A stretch of DNA of 53,680 nt, taken from contig JAAPAO010000199.1 of assembly GCA_013115145.1 (NCBI GenBank), forward strand, positions 1 to 53,680, written 5' to 3'. This DNA is from Perkinsus chesapeaki ATCC PRA-425. Taxonomy: Eukaryota; Protista; Perkinsozoa. A program made the translations under genes and the position numbers. Numbering within the stretch: the stretch's first letter is position 1; every line of letters starts with the position of its first letter. This document shows, piece after piece, positions 39,041-50,481 of the stretch. Under the pieces are notes generated by a model that did not search any database, was not told where the DNA came from, and saw only the letters and a list, made by a program, of their open reading frames with translations.

Positions 39041-40733
39041 ATGGTGTGGGCAAAACCGGGGAGGACTTCTCCTTCAAAGTTGCAGAAAAATGATTATTCT
39101 CAAACACAATCGGGGAACATTCTTCTTCACTTGTCAGTGCCTTCTTGTGATAGTCGATTATGTTTAGTTTTTTATTTTTATTACCTTGTTTCAGAAGGGG
39201 ACGCTGATGGACGAACTCAAGGCACATGGTAAGAATATTAAAGACCACATCTTAAGGCCGACACCTGAGCAAGTGAAGGGGGCAGCTACTTATAGTGGTG
39301 GTGACACGGGTGGTGACACGAATGATGATGTGGCTGCCGATGAAGTTGACAAGACTGGAGGCCATGAAGTCGAAGAATCTGGCGGGAGCGAGAAGAGTCA
39401 AGTTGGAGATGATGCTAATGAAGATAAGGAAAATAAAAACAATGGAAATAAGAAAGCAAAAAAGAATAAGAAAAACAAAGGACCTAAACAACAACAACAA
39501 CAACCGAAACAGCCGAAACAACCGAAACAACCGAAACAACCGAAGCCCCCCAAAAAAGAGGTAGGAAGTCCTTCAGCTTCCACTTGTAATCGTTTTTCTT
39601 ATTTGCGAGAGCGAAAGGGGTTAATCGGCGTATCACTGTCATGTCCTCCTTGCAATTGTCTTTATAACAGGAATCACTCAACAGGCTTATCTTGTCATAA
39701 CTTTTGCTACCGGCACTATAACAGTTTCAGCATTGAAAAGTGTGATGACACTGCGAGGAAAATAAGATTAGTGTTAGGAACAGCGCCGGTTGGTTGTGTA
39801 ATTGGCGGAGTAGTGCAGTAAGGTAGCCGCAGTTGCTTTCTCGGAATGATATATAATGATTTGGGAGTGTTGATGGCATTGATCATCACTCTTGAGCATT
39901 TGACTGCGTGAACTTGTCAGGTCGGTGAGAGTGGTGGAGGGAAAGATGAGGCGAAGGTGAGTGGGAAAAAGCTGGTTGATGATTGATTTCTTTTCTAGGT
40001 TAAGGAAAAGCCTCATGATAGGCAGCCAGGGAAAGTACCGTTTTTGGAGGTATCTTAGGTTCATGCTCGGTTCTCAGGGCGATGTTAATGATGACGATGA
40101 TGAGGACGTCGGTGCGGAATATGAACGTGGGGAAGAGGTAAGTTTACTCTAACGTTATTACCCACTTTATGCTACTCTAACGTTATTACCCACTTTATGC
40201 TACTCTAACGTTATTACCCACTTTATGCTACTCTAACGTTATTAACCACTTTATGCTACTCTAACGTTATTAACCACTTTATGCTACTCTTNNNNNNNNN
40301 NNNNNNNNNNNNNNNNNNNNNNNNNNNNNNNNNNNNNNNNNNNNNNNNNNNNNNNNNNNNNNNNNNNNNNNNNNNNNNNNNNNNNNNNNNCCACTTTATG
40401 CTACTCTAACGTTATTAACCACTTTATGCTACTCTAACGTTATTAACCACTTTATGCTACTCTTACGTTATTAACCACTTTATGCTACTCTAACGTTATT
40501 AACCACTTTATGCTACTCTACCGTTATTAACCACTTTATGCTACTCTACCGTTATTAACCACTTTATGCTACTCTAACGTTATTAACCACTTTATGCTAC
40601 TCTACCGTTATTAACCACTTTATGCTACTCTTACGTTATTAACCACTTTATTCAGGGCCTGCCAAGCATGTTCGGTGACGCTAAGGTCAAGACGGACTCA
40701 GATGGAGATCTTGTTTTTACTTTTGATGATTAA
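39041..40733 (+). CDS. Low-complexity hypothetical protein with QPK repeats and acidic tail, multi-exon
   Basis: Exons KGTLMDELKAH...(QPK)n..PPKKE, GDVNDDDDEDVGAEYERGEE and GLPSMFGDAKVKTDSDGDLVFTFDD-stop. Start uncertain. Confidence 0.55.
40146..40650. repeat. 28-bp intronic minisatellite spanning a 99-N assembly gap (40292-40390)
   Basis: CTACTCTAACGTTATTA(A/C)CCACTTTATG units fill intron 40138-40655 from donor to acceptor. Confidence 0.95.
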
Positions 40734-40865
40734 TCCCTCTTTATTTCACTTTAACACTTTAACAAACTTTATCTAATCGCATCTTTACGTGTTCGCTGTT
40801 ATTTCCGCTGTGTCGAGTTTGTCACCATCATCATCGCTCCTCTGAAGTCTGTTGTTAACATTGTC

Positions 40866-42900
40866 ATGTCTGTCCCGTCTGGAGCATCTCGGATGCTACT
40901 TCATTTCACTTTACTATTTAATGTAGCATATTGCTTTTAATACTTATTTGAGTGGAGCTCTCATAGGCCCTGGGTGGCAACGGGCAAGATGAGCCGACTG
41001 GTCGTGATAGTTTCCAAAGGCACCTCAGAATCAAAGATGTCGGGGTAGATATAGTCGTCCAAGACTGGGATGATGCCCAAACGTATCCGGAGAAAGTCCT
41101 TGTAAGATACGAATTAGGTTGCATTAACCGTCGCTTCGGACGCGATGAGCTTCAACTCCTATGACTCAATAAATTTGATGATAGAGCAACAAGAGTCCTT
41201 TGTGGTGTCATTCCTCTTCAGGTTAAAATGCCATCATCCTTCGCAGTTGAACATAAGTCCGAACAAGTAAGATGGTGGTGATGTGATAGATAGTTCGGAG
41301 CATTTCCCATCAGATCCAGGCGGCCCAGAAAGTGTGTGAGCTTCCTATCACACCTGACCCGAAGAGCGTGGAAGATAGAGGGGAGGTGAGCAATAGTCGA
41401 TTGTGTTGTCACTAACGCAAGTCTTAGATAAGCCTTTGTCACATAGAAGTAACCAAACCGCCACGAGCCGGTTACGACAAAAAAGATGGCAAATATGTTA
41501 TTTATATCGAAGGAGTGGTCCATAATAAGCCGATGACGATAGAGCTGGATACCTTCTATGACAAAACTGATTTGGGGAAACGCCTGTTCGTATCCCATTT
41601 CACGACCTTGTTCAACCTCTACCATGTAGGGTGGATGGGGTCAGAGAATCTTTTGCGAAGCTCCGGGGAAATTATTAACTTTTGAAAGGATTGCGACGTC
41701 GGGAAGTTTCTCTTTTTTTGAAGTGGTTTTGCACGAACGCCTTTCGAACAGTGGGAGATTGAAGGGGTCGGAGAGGAACACCAATTTGTTAATGCAACCA
41801 AAACGCACTGGGTGATTTCGTCACGAGAAGCTTGTTTTCTGATGAATACATTTGCGTGAAGCTAGACGAGTCATTGTTAGGAGAAAAGAGGTAACAAGGA
41901 CGTAGCGATACCACCAGTGTCTTTGAGATGGCTTATGGAGGCCGGCAAACCATGGTGGAACCAGAAGCTTGAAAAGGTGAATAAATACATAACAATTATG
42001 CTCCTACTCGTTGTCGCAGATCGACCTGAGCAGAGCTGGACTATCAATCGAGGTAAGCCACGAACGGCTCTTTCGGTTCGATTTTACTTCAGCTCGAGGA
42101 AGGCGTGTCTGGTTTGGGAAAGAAGAAAGAGAGGCTTGAGGTGCTTATGGAGCCTTTGATTTCATACCACACTTCCGTCAGGTCGATTGGTACAGTGCCC
42201 ACGAGGAGACCCTCGGTGTTCGTAGCTCGGCCAAGGTAGGGTTATTCCGCCGAATTGTAGAGAGGTTCTCCGCAGGAAGGCGGCCAAGTGCATGAAATCA
42301 CCAAGCTTCATGTTCTGGCGAATGCCTGTTACGACAGTGCTGGTGACGGCAAGGAGAGCGTCTCTCGATCATGTAAGTGTGGTGGTGGAAAGATCAGATC
42401 ATCTTCATTATTGTTTTAGTTGGTACATTTGCCACGACTCGCAATATCACCTTCGCTATTGTTCATAGAAAGGAAGGAAGCTCTATGACGTGCCGAGAGA
42501 GCATGGAAATCTTATCTCCGTTTGCTATGCTTCACGTAAGGGGTTTTGCTAATTCGACATTGTTATAATTATACTAACATAATCGAGGAACTCATAGATA
42601 ATTATAATAATTATATATAGGAATTAACAAGAAGGAATATTTTATAATAGTAAGATTCCTCCGTCGCTGAGTTGCTGAGGGAGGTACCCCGTTGATGCCT
42701 GAAGGTGCGAAAACCTCGTGTTGAATTTGCCAGAAATTATCTTTGCTCACTTGTATGCGTAAGCGATGGTAAATATACAGTAAGATTGATTCTGACGGTG
42801 AATGCTTCACTATCTATTTGGTGAGTGTTAGAGAAGAGATAAAGGCTTGGTAGTGTTGGAATTACGAAACCTCTTTCAGGAGGATATTATCTCTTCTGTG
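40866..42900 (+). CDS. Hypothetical, probably secreted, multi-exon protein
   Basis: MSVPSGASRMLLHFTLLFN-intron-ALGGNGQDEPTGRDSFQRHLRIKDVGVDIVVQDWDD; further AG/GT-bounded segments follow; end not resolved. Confidence 0.4.
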
Positions 42901-43425
42901 GGCACGAAGGTGATGAGTTTCGTGAAGAAGGCTGAAGAAGTGAGTAGGGATGTGATTGTGCGAGATGAAAGATTCTTTTTAGGTCGGAATGCTGGCTTCT
43001 GCTTTCAGAAGGGCCGGTGATAGGAAGCCAGATGACACCTTCAAGGTGAGCTCTTCGGTTTGTAGAGAGAATTCGTTATCATAAAGCTATTGTCATGCTA
43101 CGTTTGAGTTCAAGGAGACACCTCAGCATCATTGTTCGCCAATTGTATAATGGTCGATGAGGTGATCTGAGAATACTATAACTCTGACCTGGGCAACATA
43201 GCTCCTAATCCCTGAGCGCGCCTGCTCGACTTTATTGACCTGTGAACTTCAATGCATTATTTAAAGTAATAAGAAGCATTGTGAATTAAGAGACTCAATT
43301 CCCAGTATTAGTGTTGCACTAAGAATCGCTATAATATAGTTAATACACTTGATGCCTCTAATACATAAGTGCAAACGTTATTCACAAGATTTTACGATGA
43401 GGCGATTGTGGGTTACTTCACGCAG

Positions 43426-43794
43426 ACCTATATGACGGTTCCCGCGAAAGCTCCGATGGCCAAGGAATTGATAGAGTTGAAGAGCACCCCAAAACGGGAA
43501 AAGGGACATGAATGCCACATATTGCCAGATGGCATCATTGATACCAAACTTTTCCCACGCAATCCGAATAGGATACAGGCCAAACCGGGAACGTGGAAGG
43601 AGGTCGATCATAAAGATGGGAAGACTACTCGCAGGTGACGCAACGTGAGTTAACTTGATCAGAAAGGGCTGGTTGTCAGGTTTAATGGTGTTGTTATTGT
43701 CACCTATGGCGAACATGTAGTGGAACAAGAAGTCCGCATTGATCTTGAGGGAAATGACCAGGAGCAGTTGGACCAATTAAGAAGGGTCCTGCTG
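43426..43794 (+). CDS. Beta-rich module split by one phase-2 intron
   Basis: TYMTVPAKAPMAKEL...ILPDGIIDTKLFP..AKPGTW, then FNGVIVTYG..EQEVRIDL..LRRVLL-GTGAGC. Confidence 0.7.
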
Positions 43795-43876
43795 GTGAGC
43801 TCTCGGAAGTGTAGAGATGCTTGAACATTTTTTATGCCAGACAAATGCGTATGCCACAAAGGATGACAATGACAAT

Positions 43877-43924
43877 GTAGGATGATACTAGCGGAGCGAA
43901 GCGTTTCATGTTTTACGTTTTCAG
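43877..43924 (+). repeat. Putative 48-nt intron carrying the GCGGAGCGAAGCG element
   Basis: GTAGGATGATACTAGCGGAGCGAAGCGTTTCATGTTTTACGTTTTCAG; 31/34 identity with the 3' end of VPS13 intron 21031-21075. Confidence 0.7.
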
Positions 43925-44401
43925 GTTGACTCGGAGGACACTGATAGAATGGTGGGCAGATAGACGTTAATGTGAATTTTATAGTGTGGATCAGAACACC
44001 TTGAGGGAACTACCAGGAGGGGTGCTGGATGAAGAGGAAGGGGGAGAGTCCGCAGTTGTTAAAGGGCATAATAGCGATATTATTAATGATGGGCATGAAG
44101 AGATAAGGGATCATTCAACAACAATAGTAAGCGCCACTGTGAGGTATCTTCCACATGCTTTGCGATGTCCTATAGGACCCAGCCTACTGTACAAATCTAA
44201 TAGGTTTATTAGGAGTCGTTCTTCTACAGTAGGGGCATACTACTATGGGCCCGCAGTTATGATTAACTATACCGTAAATGCTTTTTCATGGACTAGTGTA
44301 ACACAAGCCGTGTCATAGTTCAGCCGTTCAGGAGGACTCTATCTTTGTAATGTTCGGGCTGAAGTCTGTCTCAAAAATGATATTGGTTAGTTTTCGGGTT
44401 T

Positions 44402-44845
44402 GTGTTCTGTGTAGACTGCGCACTATTTAGTCATCGTTCATTAGAATCGGAGGAAAGCGGCGCCCATTCACTTGTGGCGACAATTCAGGCAAGAGAGGAG
44501 TTGGCTGAGGATGAAGATGGAAATGAAGATGATGATGATACGACAATCACAGTGCTGCAGGGTGACACGGAGGAGCTCACCGATGAAGAGAAGGAGGTTG
44601 TGCTAGATCCAGAAGAAGAAGAAGAAAAAGTAAGAATGAGAAATTTGGAGAGACGACGAATCCCCATCAGCCGCAGTGTGAAGTTAAAGCTGACGGGGCA
44701 TCATGCCAAATGACGAGTCAGAGGGACGAAGAGATGGTTGAAGAGAAGGATGATGAAGGCCTCGGACCAGATCTGGATATCGACGAGACGTTTCAAGACG
44801 ACGAACAAGAACCAGTGAAGGCAAGCTGGCTGACAAGCTGAGTAG
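44402..44845 (+). CDS. Acidic low-complexity coding exons, probably the C-terminus of the 43.4 kb gene
   Basis: EELAEDEDGNEDDDD...DPEEEEEK then GTAAGA; further acidic exon to about 44820. Confidence 0.45.
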
Positions 44846-44878
44846 ATTATTGATTCAACACACTTTCAGCTACCCATA

Positions 44879-46221
44879 ATGAAGACAGGAAATAAAGGAG
44901 AACATAAAGTAACAGATGCTCTTGCTGGGGATCGAACCGGGCTTCCCGTTACGACCGTGCTTCATGACTTGGCAGCTTTGAATTGAACACTCATGAGACT
45001 ATCACGCTCGTGTATAGGAGAAAAATGCGAAAACGGAGGAAATGCGGATCGGTCGCTCTTCCAGTCGCGGAATCCTCGAAGGCTACCAGAAAGTATTACT
45101 AATTCGAAAACTTTCATAGCGAACTGGTTCCTAAAATACCATTCCCTCTGGGAACGGTCGGTGTCCCTTCATGTGGATTTGATCATGGTTTAGATTACTA
45201 TTATCATACCAAAGGACGCATACATCCCCACTGAGCTCCGGTACCACGGTGACGTCCCTCTCATCAATGATAATGTGGGAGCTAAACTGATGAAAAACGG
45301 TGACTTGAAGTGCAAAAAATTGTGGAAGAAAAGCAAGAGCAAGCCGACGAGAGTGAACGTGAAAGGCGGAAATTGGATGGTTGTCGGAAATGTGGCGAGC
45401 GGATCTATCATGGTCGATTTCGCGCATATCGAGAAGACTTACGCAATTGAAGCCCAGATCAAGTTCAAAAAGGAGGACAGATATGACAGTCTTCCGCAAG
45501 ACGTTCTTGCTATACTAGGGGTGAGACGATGAGAGGAAAGTGCGGTATGAGATACTCGTCCAGGTTACCGAATTGGATTCATTCCCCGACCTTGACGACA
45601 GGTATTCGGGGAAGCTGTATAATGTACCTTGCCAGCCATGCGCGGATTGCAATTGTAGAGTTTTGGTAGGTTATGATGGAGCTCGACCTTCACCAGAGAA
45701 TCCCTAAGATTCTCACCGACAAGAGAATGGACCCCCACGCTCACCGAGGGGCAATTCTGAGGGAAGATGGTTTGATTGAAACCCACCTGTTTCCGAAGAC
45801 GGACGGCAAAAACAGTCAACTGGTGTATCCGGAAGTAAAGAGTATTGAGGGAACTTGGACCTACCAAGGAAGCCGAGCAAAAGGCAAAGTTCAAGTCCAC
45901 TATGGCGACGCACAACCTTTGGTCGATGTGGAGCTGCAGTTCGCTAATGATGAAGTACCAGATGATGCTATTGCCTTTTTGGGGGTAAGATGAAATTCTC
46001 ACGCGCCAGGAAACTGCCATGCTGTTCAGATGGAGAAGAAAACGTTCCTGCAGCGAGCAGCTCGGAAGACAGATGAGGTAGGATACTTCAAAGGTCGATT
46101 CGGGCGCCAATTTTCCTTCTCAGGTATTAGGGATTCGCAAAGTAATGACGCCGTGGATAAAGGCCGCCGTCGCCGTAGTTGGTTCTCTTTAGCCTCCACC
46201 GCCTCGAGTGCTTGGTATTGA
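44879..46221 (+). CDS. Protein with two tandem beta-rich modules (45194-45520 and 45670-45984)
   Basis: First exon MKTGNKGEHK; both modules are phase 0-0 and join in frame through the linker exon VTELDSFPDLDDRYSGKLYN. Confidence 0.6.
44917..44945 (-). pseudogene. tRNA T-arm/acceptor fragment 8 nt inside a putative first intron, antisense
   Basis: GCCCGGTTCGATCCCCAGCAAGAGCA; A73 at 44917, donor GT at 44909. Only the B-box is well kept. Confidence 0.45.
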
Positions 46222-46237
46222 CCAGAATAAGAAGTTC

Positions 46238-46973
46238 ATGGGCAAAAAAAACAAGGTGAGCATGCACGCATCCACGGTGTTCTGGAGCTCTGTACTCATT
46301 AAAGGAAGTCTCGGCAACTCAGCATGATAGTCGGACCGCAAAGGTTCGTGGCTGAGAAATTATGGAAATGTTCGAGCGGGAGCGGGGAGAGCGCTACCGA
46401 CCCGTATCGATACTCAGGTTCTGGTAACGATCGCCAAGACGACTCCTAAAATACCCAAGGCACTTTTACTGAAGTTGAAGAATGAACTGGGCATCGATGA
46501 GCCTAAGAGGGGCCTGGAGATGGAAGGCTGGCTGCGTGAGGATGGCACTATCTTATCAAACGTTTTCGCGCCATTAAAGAAGGACAAGGTATTTTACGCC
46601 AAGGTGAGTGTTGAGGGATCAATGGTGTATGAGAATCTATCCCATCTGATGACCAATTTCTGTGAAAATGTATTTCGCTCCGAGCAATGGACGATGAAAA
46701 TGAAGCTGCGGAAGGATTTTGAAGGTGCTGCATCTTGTTCAGATTGTAAAGGGAACTTGGACAGTTAAAGGCAAACGGCAAGCTTGGGGGAAGGTTCATG
46801 TTTTATATAAAGAAGGGATTGCACCACTGCGGATGGACGTCCAATTGAAGTTCTTTGAAAACATTCCCAACAGCGCCTTTAGGGCCCTCGAGGTAGCAGT
46901 ACTGTCCAGCGAGCCTTCCATCATTTTGCCCCTCTTCAGTTACAGGATAAACAATCGTTGTGGGGAAGGGTAA
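46238..46973 (+). CDS. Beta-rich module family member (module 46418-46892, one internal intron)
   Basis: MGKKNK first exon; VLVTIAKTTPKIPKAL...LREDGTILSNVF, then IVKGTWTVKG..AWGKVHV..MDVQLKF..IPNSAFRALE-GT. Confidence 0.65.
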
Positions 46974-47395
46974 GTGTAATTCGACACAGAATATGATAGA
47001 TCTGTTTGTGGTAGATAAAGTCGAGGAATGGTGCCTTGGAAACTAGCAGGAAAAAATAATTGTATATATAATGATGTTGTTGTTGTCGTTGTTGCTATCC
47101 GTGCATGAGATGTTGTTGCTGATGTTTATGAGCAGTTGTGATGATGCAGTTGTCTGTCCCTTGTTGTGCTGCCATTGTTCGTCGTGTTGGTCAATATTAG
47201 GCAACGCTCTGCTCGCTCTGCTCTGTGTCAAGTGCGCGGCGGGATTAATGCTGTTTAGCGTCGCTCGCCCTCGAGCTTCGTTACACGGTTACTCGACTCA
47301 CATTCCAATCGATATTACTCGCTCGCCTTGGAAAAATAAAGCAAGTGTCTCTCGAGCGTTGTTGTTATTGTAGAATCATAAGTAATATCATTATA

Positions 47396-48346
47396 ATGAT
47401 CTTTAATCGTATCGCTGCTGCCGCAATCCTATCGGCTATCGCCTTCCAAGAGACTGCTGCTGTTCGTGTGAGGAGCACGTCGAAGTCACACGTCGAAGCC
47501 ATTTATCCGTTTAGATTGCAAGCAGTAGAGCTCCCAGTCCAGAACCAGATTACGATGATAATCATGACGATGATCCTGAGTGGTTAAGAAACGAGATCAG
47601 GAAGGCAGAGAATGAAGCTAAAGATAAAGCATATGTAGGAATCGCCGAATACATGTATGAAATAGTATTGATAATCTCTGTTCAGCTCTCGTATGGTGAA
47701 ACTGGAACTATTGTAAGTAGTCGTTGTTGTTATTATCATCATGATCATCGCGTCATAGTCATTGCTCCTTTCAGGCAGCTAGGAGCAACATGTATGACCA
47801 ACTCAAGAAACAATTGGCTGCCAGAAAAGGAGTAAGTGGTCTCATCTCCTCAACTGCTGCTGCTGCTGCTCCCAAGCAGGGATATATTTCAACCATGTCT
47901 CCTTCTATGATCGTTATGAGTCAGCCTTCCAAAACCCACTACCGTAAAGGCTCGATGCCTCTCATTCTATTTACAACCTTCAGTTCATGAAATCCGCTTG
48001 CCATGCTGCATCACATGCAGGAGTGATTCCTTCGAAGGGATTCTCTCCTCCTAGATAGCAGCAGCGACGGAATAGTTCAGTAACATTGTATAGTTGTCCG
48101 CCAATTCAGGCACCCGTTCAGCAGAGCTCCATGAGTGAAGATGCAAAAGTACGATTGGCTAAGCTGTACCGTCTTGGAGGTGCGAGGGGCCAACAAAATT
48201 ACAAGGACGGTGCACTTGCCGTCCGAGTAGCTAATGACAGACTGGCTGCTCCTAGCAGTAGGCCGTCTCCCCACGGTAGGAGGAAGGCTCCGGTCCCTCC
48301 TAAGAAGCAAGGTATTGCTGAACATGACGAAGTCACTCATTTCTAA
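47396..48346 (+). CDS. Secreted hypothetical protein, multi-exon
   Basis: Signal MIFNRIAAAAILSAIAFQETAA; exons PEPDYDD..WLRNEIRKAE, MYDQLKKQLAARKG, RRKAPVPPKKQG. Confidence 0.55.
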
Positions 48347-48517
48347 TATTTGTCGAACAATCATGACAAAGTATGTGATGTTATGTGGATGTTAATGTAC
48401 CAAGATAACCAAGCATTATTGTGTTAATTGTCCCTCTGGAGTTGGGGATTGTCCGCCTACCGATTCTCCCTCAACTTTCATGCTGATATACCTAGTTGTT
48501 CACATTTGTTCATAACA

Positions 48518-49450
48518 ATGCTTCTGTCTCATTGCATCACCGCTATCCTGTTTCTCTCAGCAGCTCTGACTGAGGGATTGAAGGTGACATCACTTCACAG
48601 CCAGTTCGTAATTATTTGCTATTTTAGGGGTTATCCGAGGATGAGCTCGATGCCGGCAGACAAGTCATGCTGCTGCTGCTGCTGCTGAGCCAACCATTTC
48701 TGTCATTGTCACGTATCTTTGTCAGAGTCTTCGATCCCATTTGTTACGTCCAAATAGTCGAGATAGATCAAGCATTTCGAGGAGACGTTCGACTGGGAAT
48801 GTAACGTAGATTATTGTTGCTCTTCTTACTATTGGTAGTAATTCAGGAGCCAGTTGAGATTGGCAAGGATATCGGTCAACTCATTAAAGAAGCCAAAGGA
48901 GTTGATATGGTAAGACAGCAGCAGTTCCACAGCGACGCAAGAAGGAGTTATACAAAACAACACAATCGCTGGAACCGGATTACGCATTCGATCACTGGAG
49001 TCCACCAGTCTTAATCACTTTGCCACTATTCACTCTTTAACCGTCAAACGCTTATGATCATCATCGGTTGATAGGAATTGCAACAACAAGCAATGATGAT
49101 AGTACATGATTTAATGCTTGAACTTTGGGCATGTAGGATCTGGCAGAGTACTGGTTGACACATAAGGGCAAGCCAAGTGAGGAAGATATCAAAAGGGCTA
49201 AACTAGAGAAGGAAAGGCAAAAGAAAGCTGAGAGAGATTCAATAAAAGTAGGTTGGCGATGCTGTTATAAAGGGAACATTCTGCAATTGATCAGCGACGA
49301 GCTGTTGGTGTAAACCAAGCTGTGAGGGAGTTGAATGAGCAAGCCGAGGAACAGGGGAAGGTACACAGAGGACAACAACAACAGGAAATTCAGCAGCATT
49401 CTGTTCTTCAGGATTTCTCATCTTATTACTTCGACAAGACCGCCGCTTAA
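48518..49450 (+). CDS. Secreted hypothetical protein, multi-exon
   Basis: Signal MLLSHCITAILFLSAALTEG; exons EPVEIGKDIGQLIKEAKG and KPSEEDIKRAKLEKERQKK. Confidence 0.55.
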
Positions 49451-49577
49451 TATGCTGTTAATAGATGTATGAACCTAAATGGTTAATGGATGTAAATAAT
49501 CAACAACCCTCACATTGATTGTGTTATATCAAACATATCGAAAGATATGCAGTAGTTCATTTCAAGTTTGTTCATCG

Positions 49578-50322
49578 ATGCGCGGTCCTTCTATTCATCA
49601 CATTATCTTCTTCCTTGTCGCTTTATTATTCGATTACGCCAAATGTAGACAACCAGGTGACATGGAAAATGATCATATCAAGGCCACACTTGCTACAGGT
49701 GCTGCTATAAAGCGCCGACAAACTCGCACTGAGAATGATCCCCTTGCCCAGCTCAGCAAGGTAAGTGTCGCTGCGCAAGTGGAGTTGCATTCTGTCGTAG
49801 TAGAGGAGAAAATGGACCATGCCACCCAAACGAGAGCCATCGCCCTTAACTCCCGAAGAGGTAATACGCACGAAGATTAGCTAACACTATTTGGCATTTT
49901 GTACAGAGGAGCAGATTTGCATTGATCTTCGGGGACAAGGTAGACACGCTCGATGCCGACGTCTTGGTAAGTCAACATAGGAGGTCGAAGAAATAATAGT
50001 TTATGTCTGCAGAGAAATCACGAAGCTGTTATGGACGAATTGACCTTCCACAGCCGAGGGGGGAAATCCCATGGAGTAAGTTATGTCATTATCCCTTTAA
50101 TCCCTTAGGGGCATTTATCAGGCAATATTGAGCTCCATCAGAGATTACAATAGACTGCAGAAAAGGCTGCAGCAAGACGATGTTACCCCGGAGGAGATTG
50201 AAAGAGCCAAAGCGATGGAAGAGCGCCTTAGTCAATGGAAGGAAGCAAGGAGAGAAAATACTAACAAAATGGTTAAGCAAAAGGGCCCTGGATTCAGAGG
50301 GTTTGCCAATAAAAACAATTGA
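49578..50322 (+). CDS. Secreted hypothetical protein, multi-exon
   Basis: Signal MRGPSIHHIIFFLVALLFDYAKC; last exon AILSSIRDYNRLQKRLQQDDVTPEEIERAKAMEERL... Confidence 0.6.
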
Positions 50323-50481
50323 AAACAAATTTATCAACTTTGTGTGTGTTCATGTTAATATTGTTACTTGTTGAGTTAATACAACAATTAATATAATTAA
50401 GAAACGATAATAGCGGAAACATGATAGCAATCACGCAGCAGGCTGTTGATACCTAAAAGAGGAGATTAAGCTCTTAACAAC

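Noticed and set aside
40146-40650. CRISPR-like periodicity of the 28-bp array (also the 30-bp and 46-bp arrays)
   Set aside because: Units are head-to-tail with no unique spacers; eukaryotic context and no cas genes.
43950-44040. Apparent frameshifted extra module end (IDVNVNF / LRELPGGVL)
   Set aside because: Splicing here is ambiguous and the resemblance is too short to call a pseudogene.
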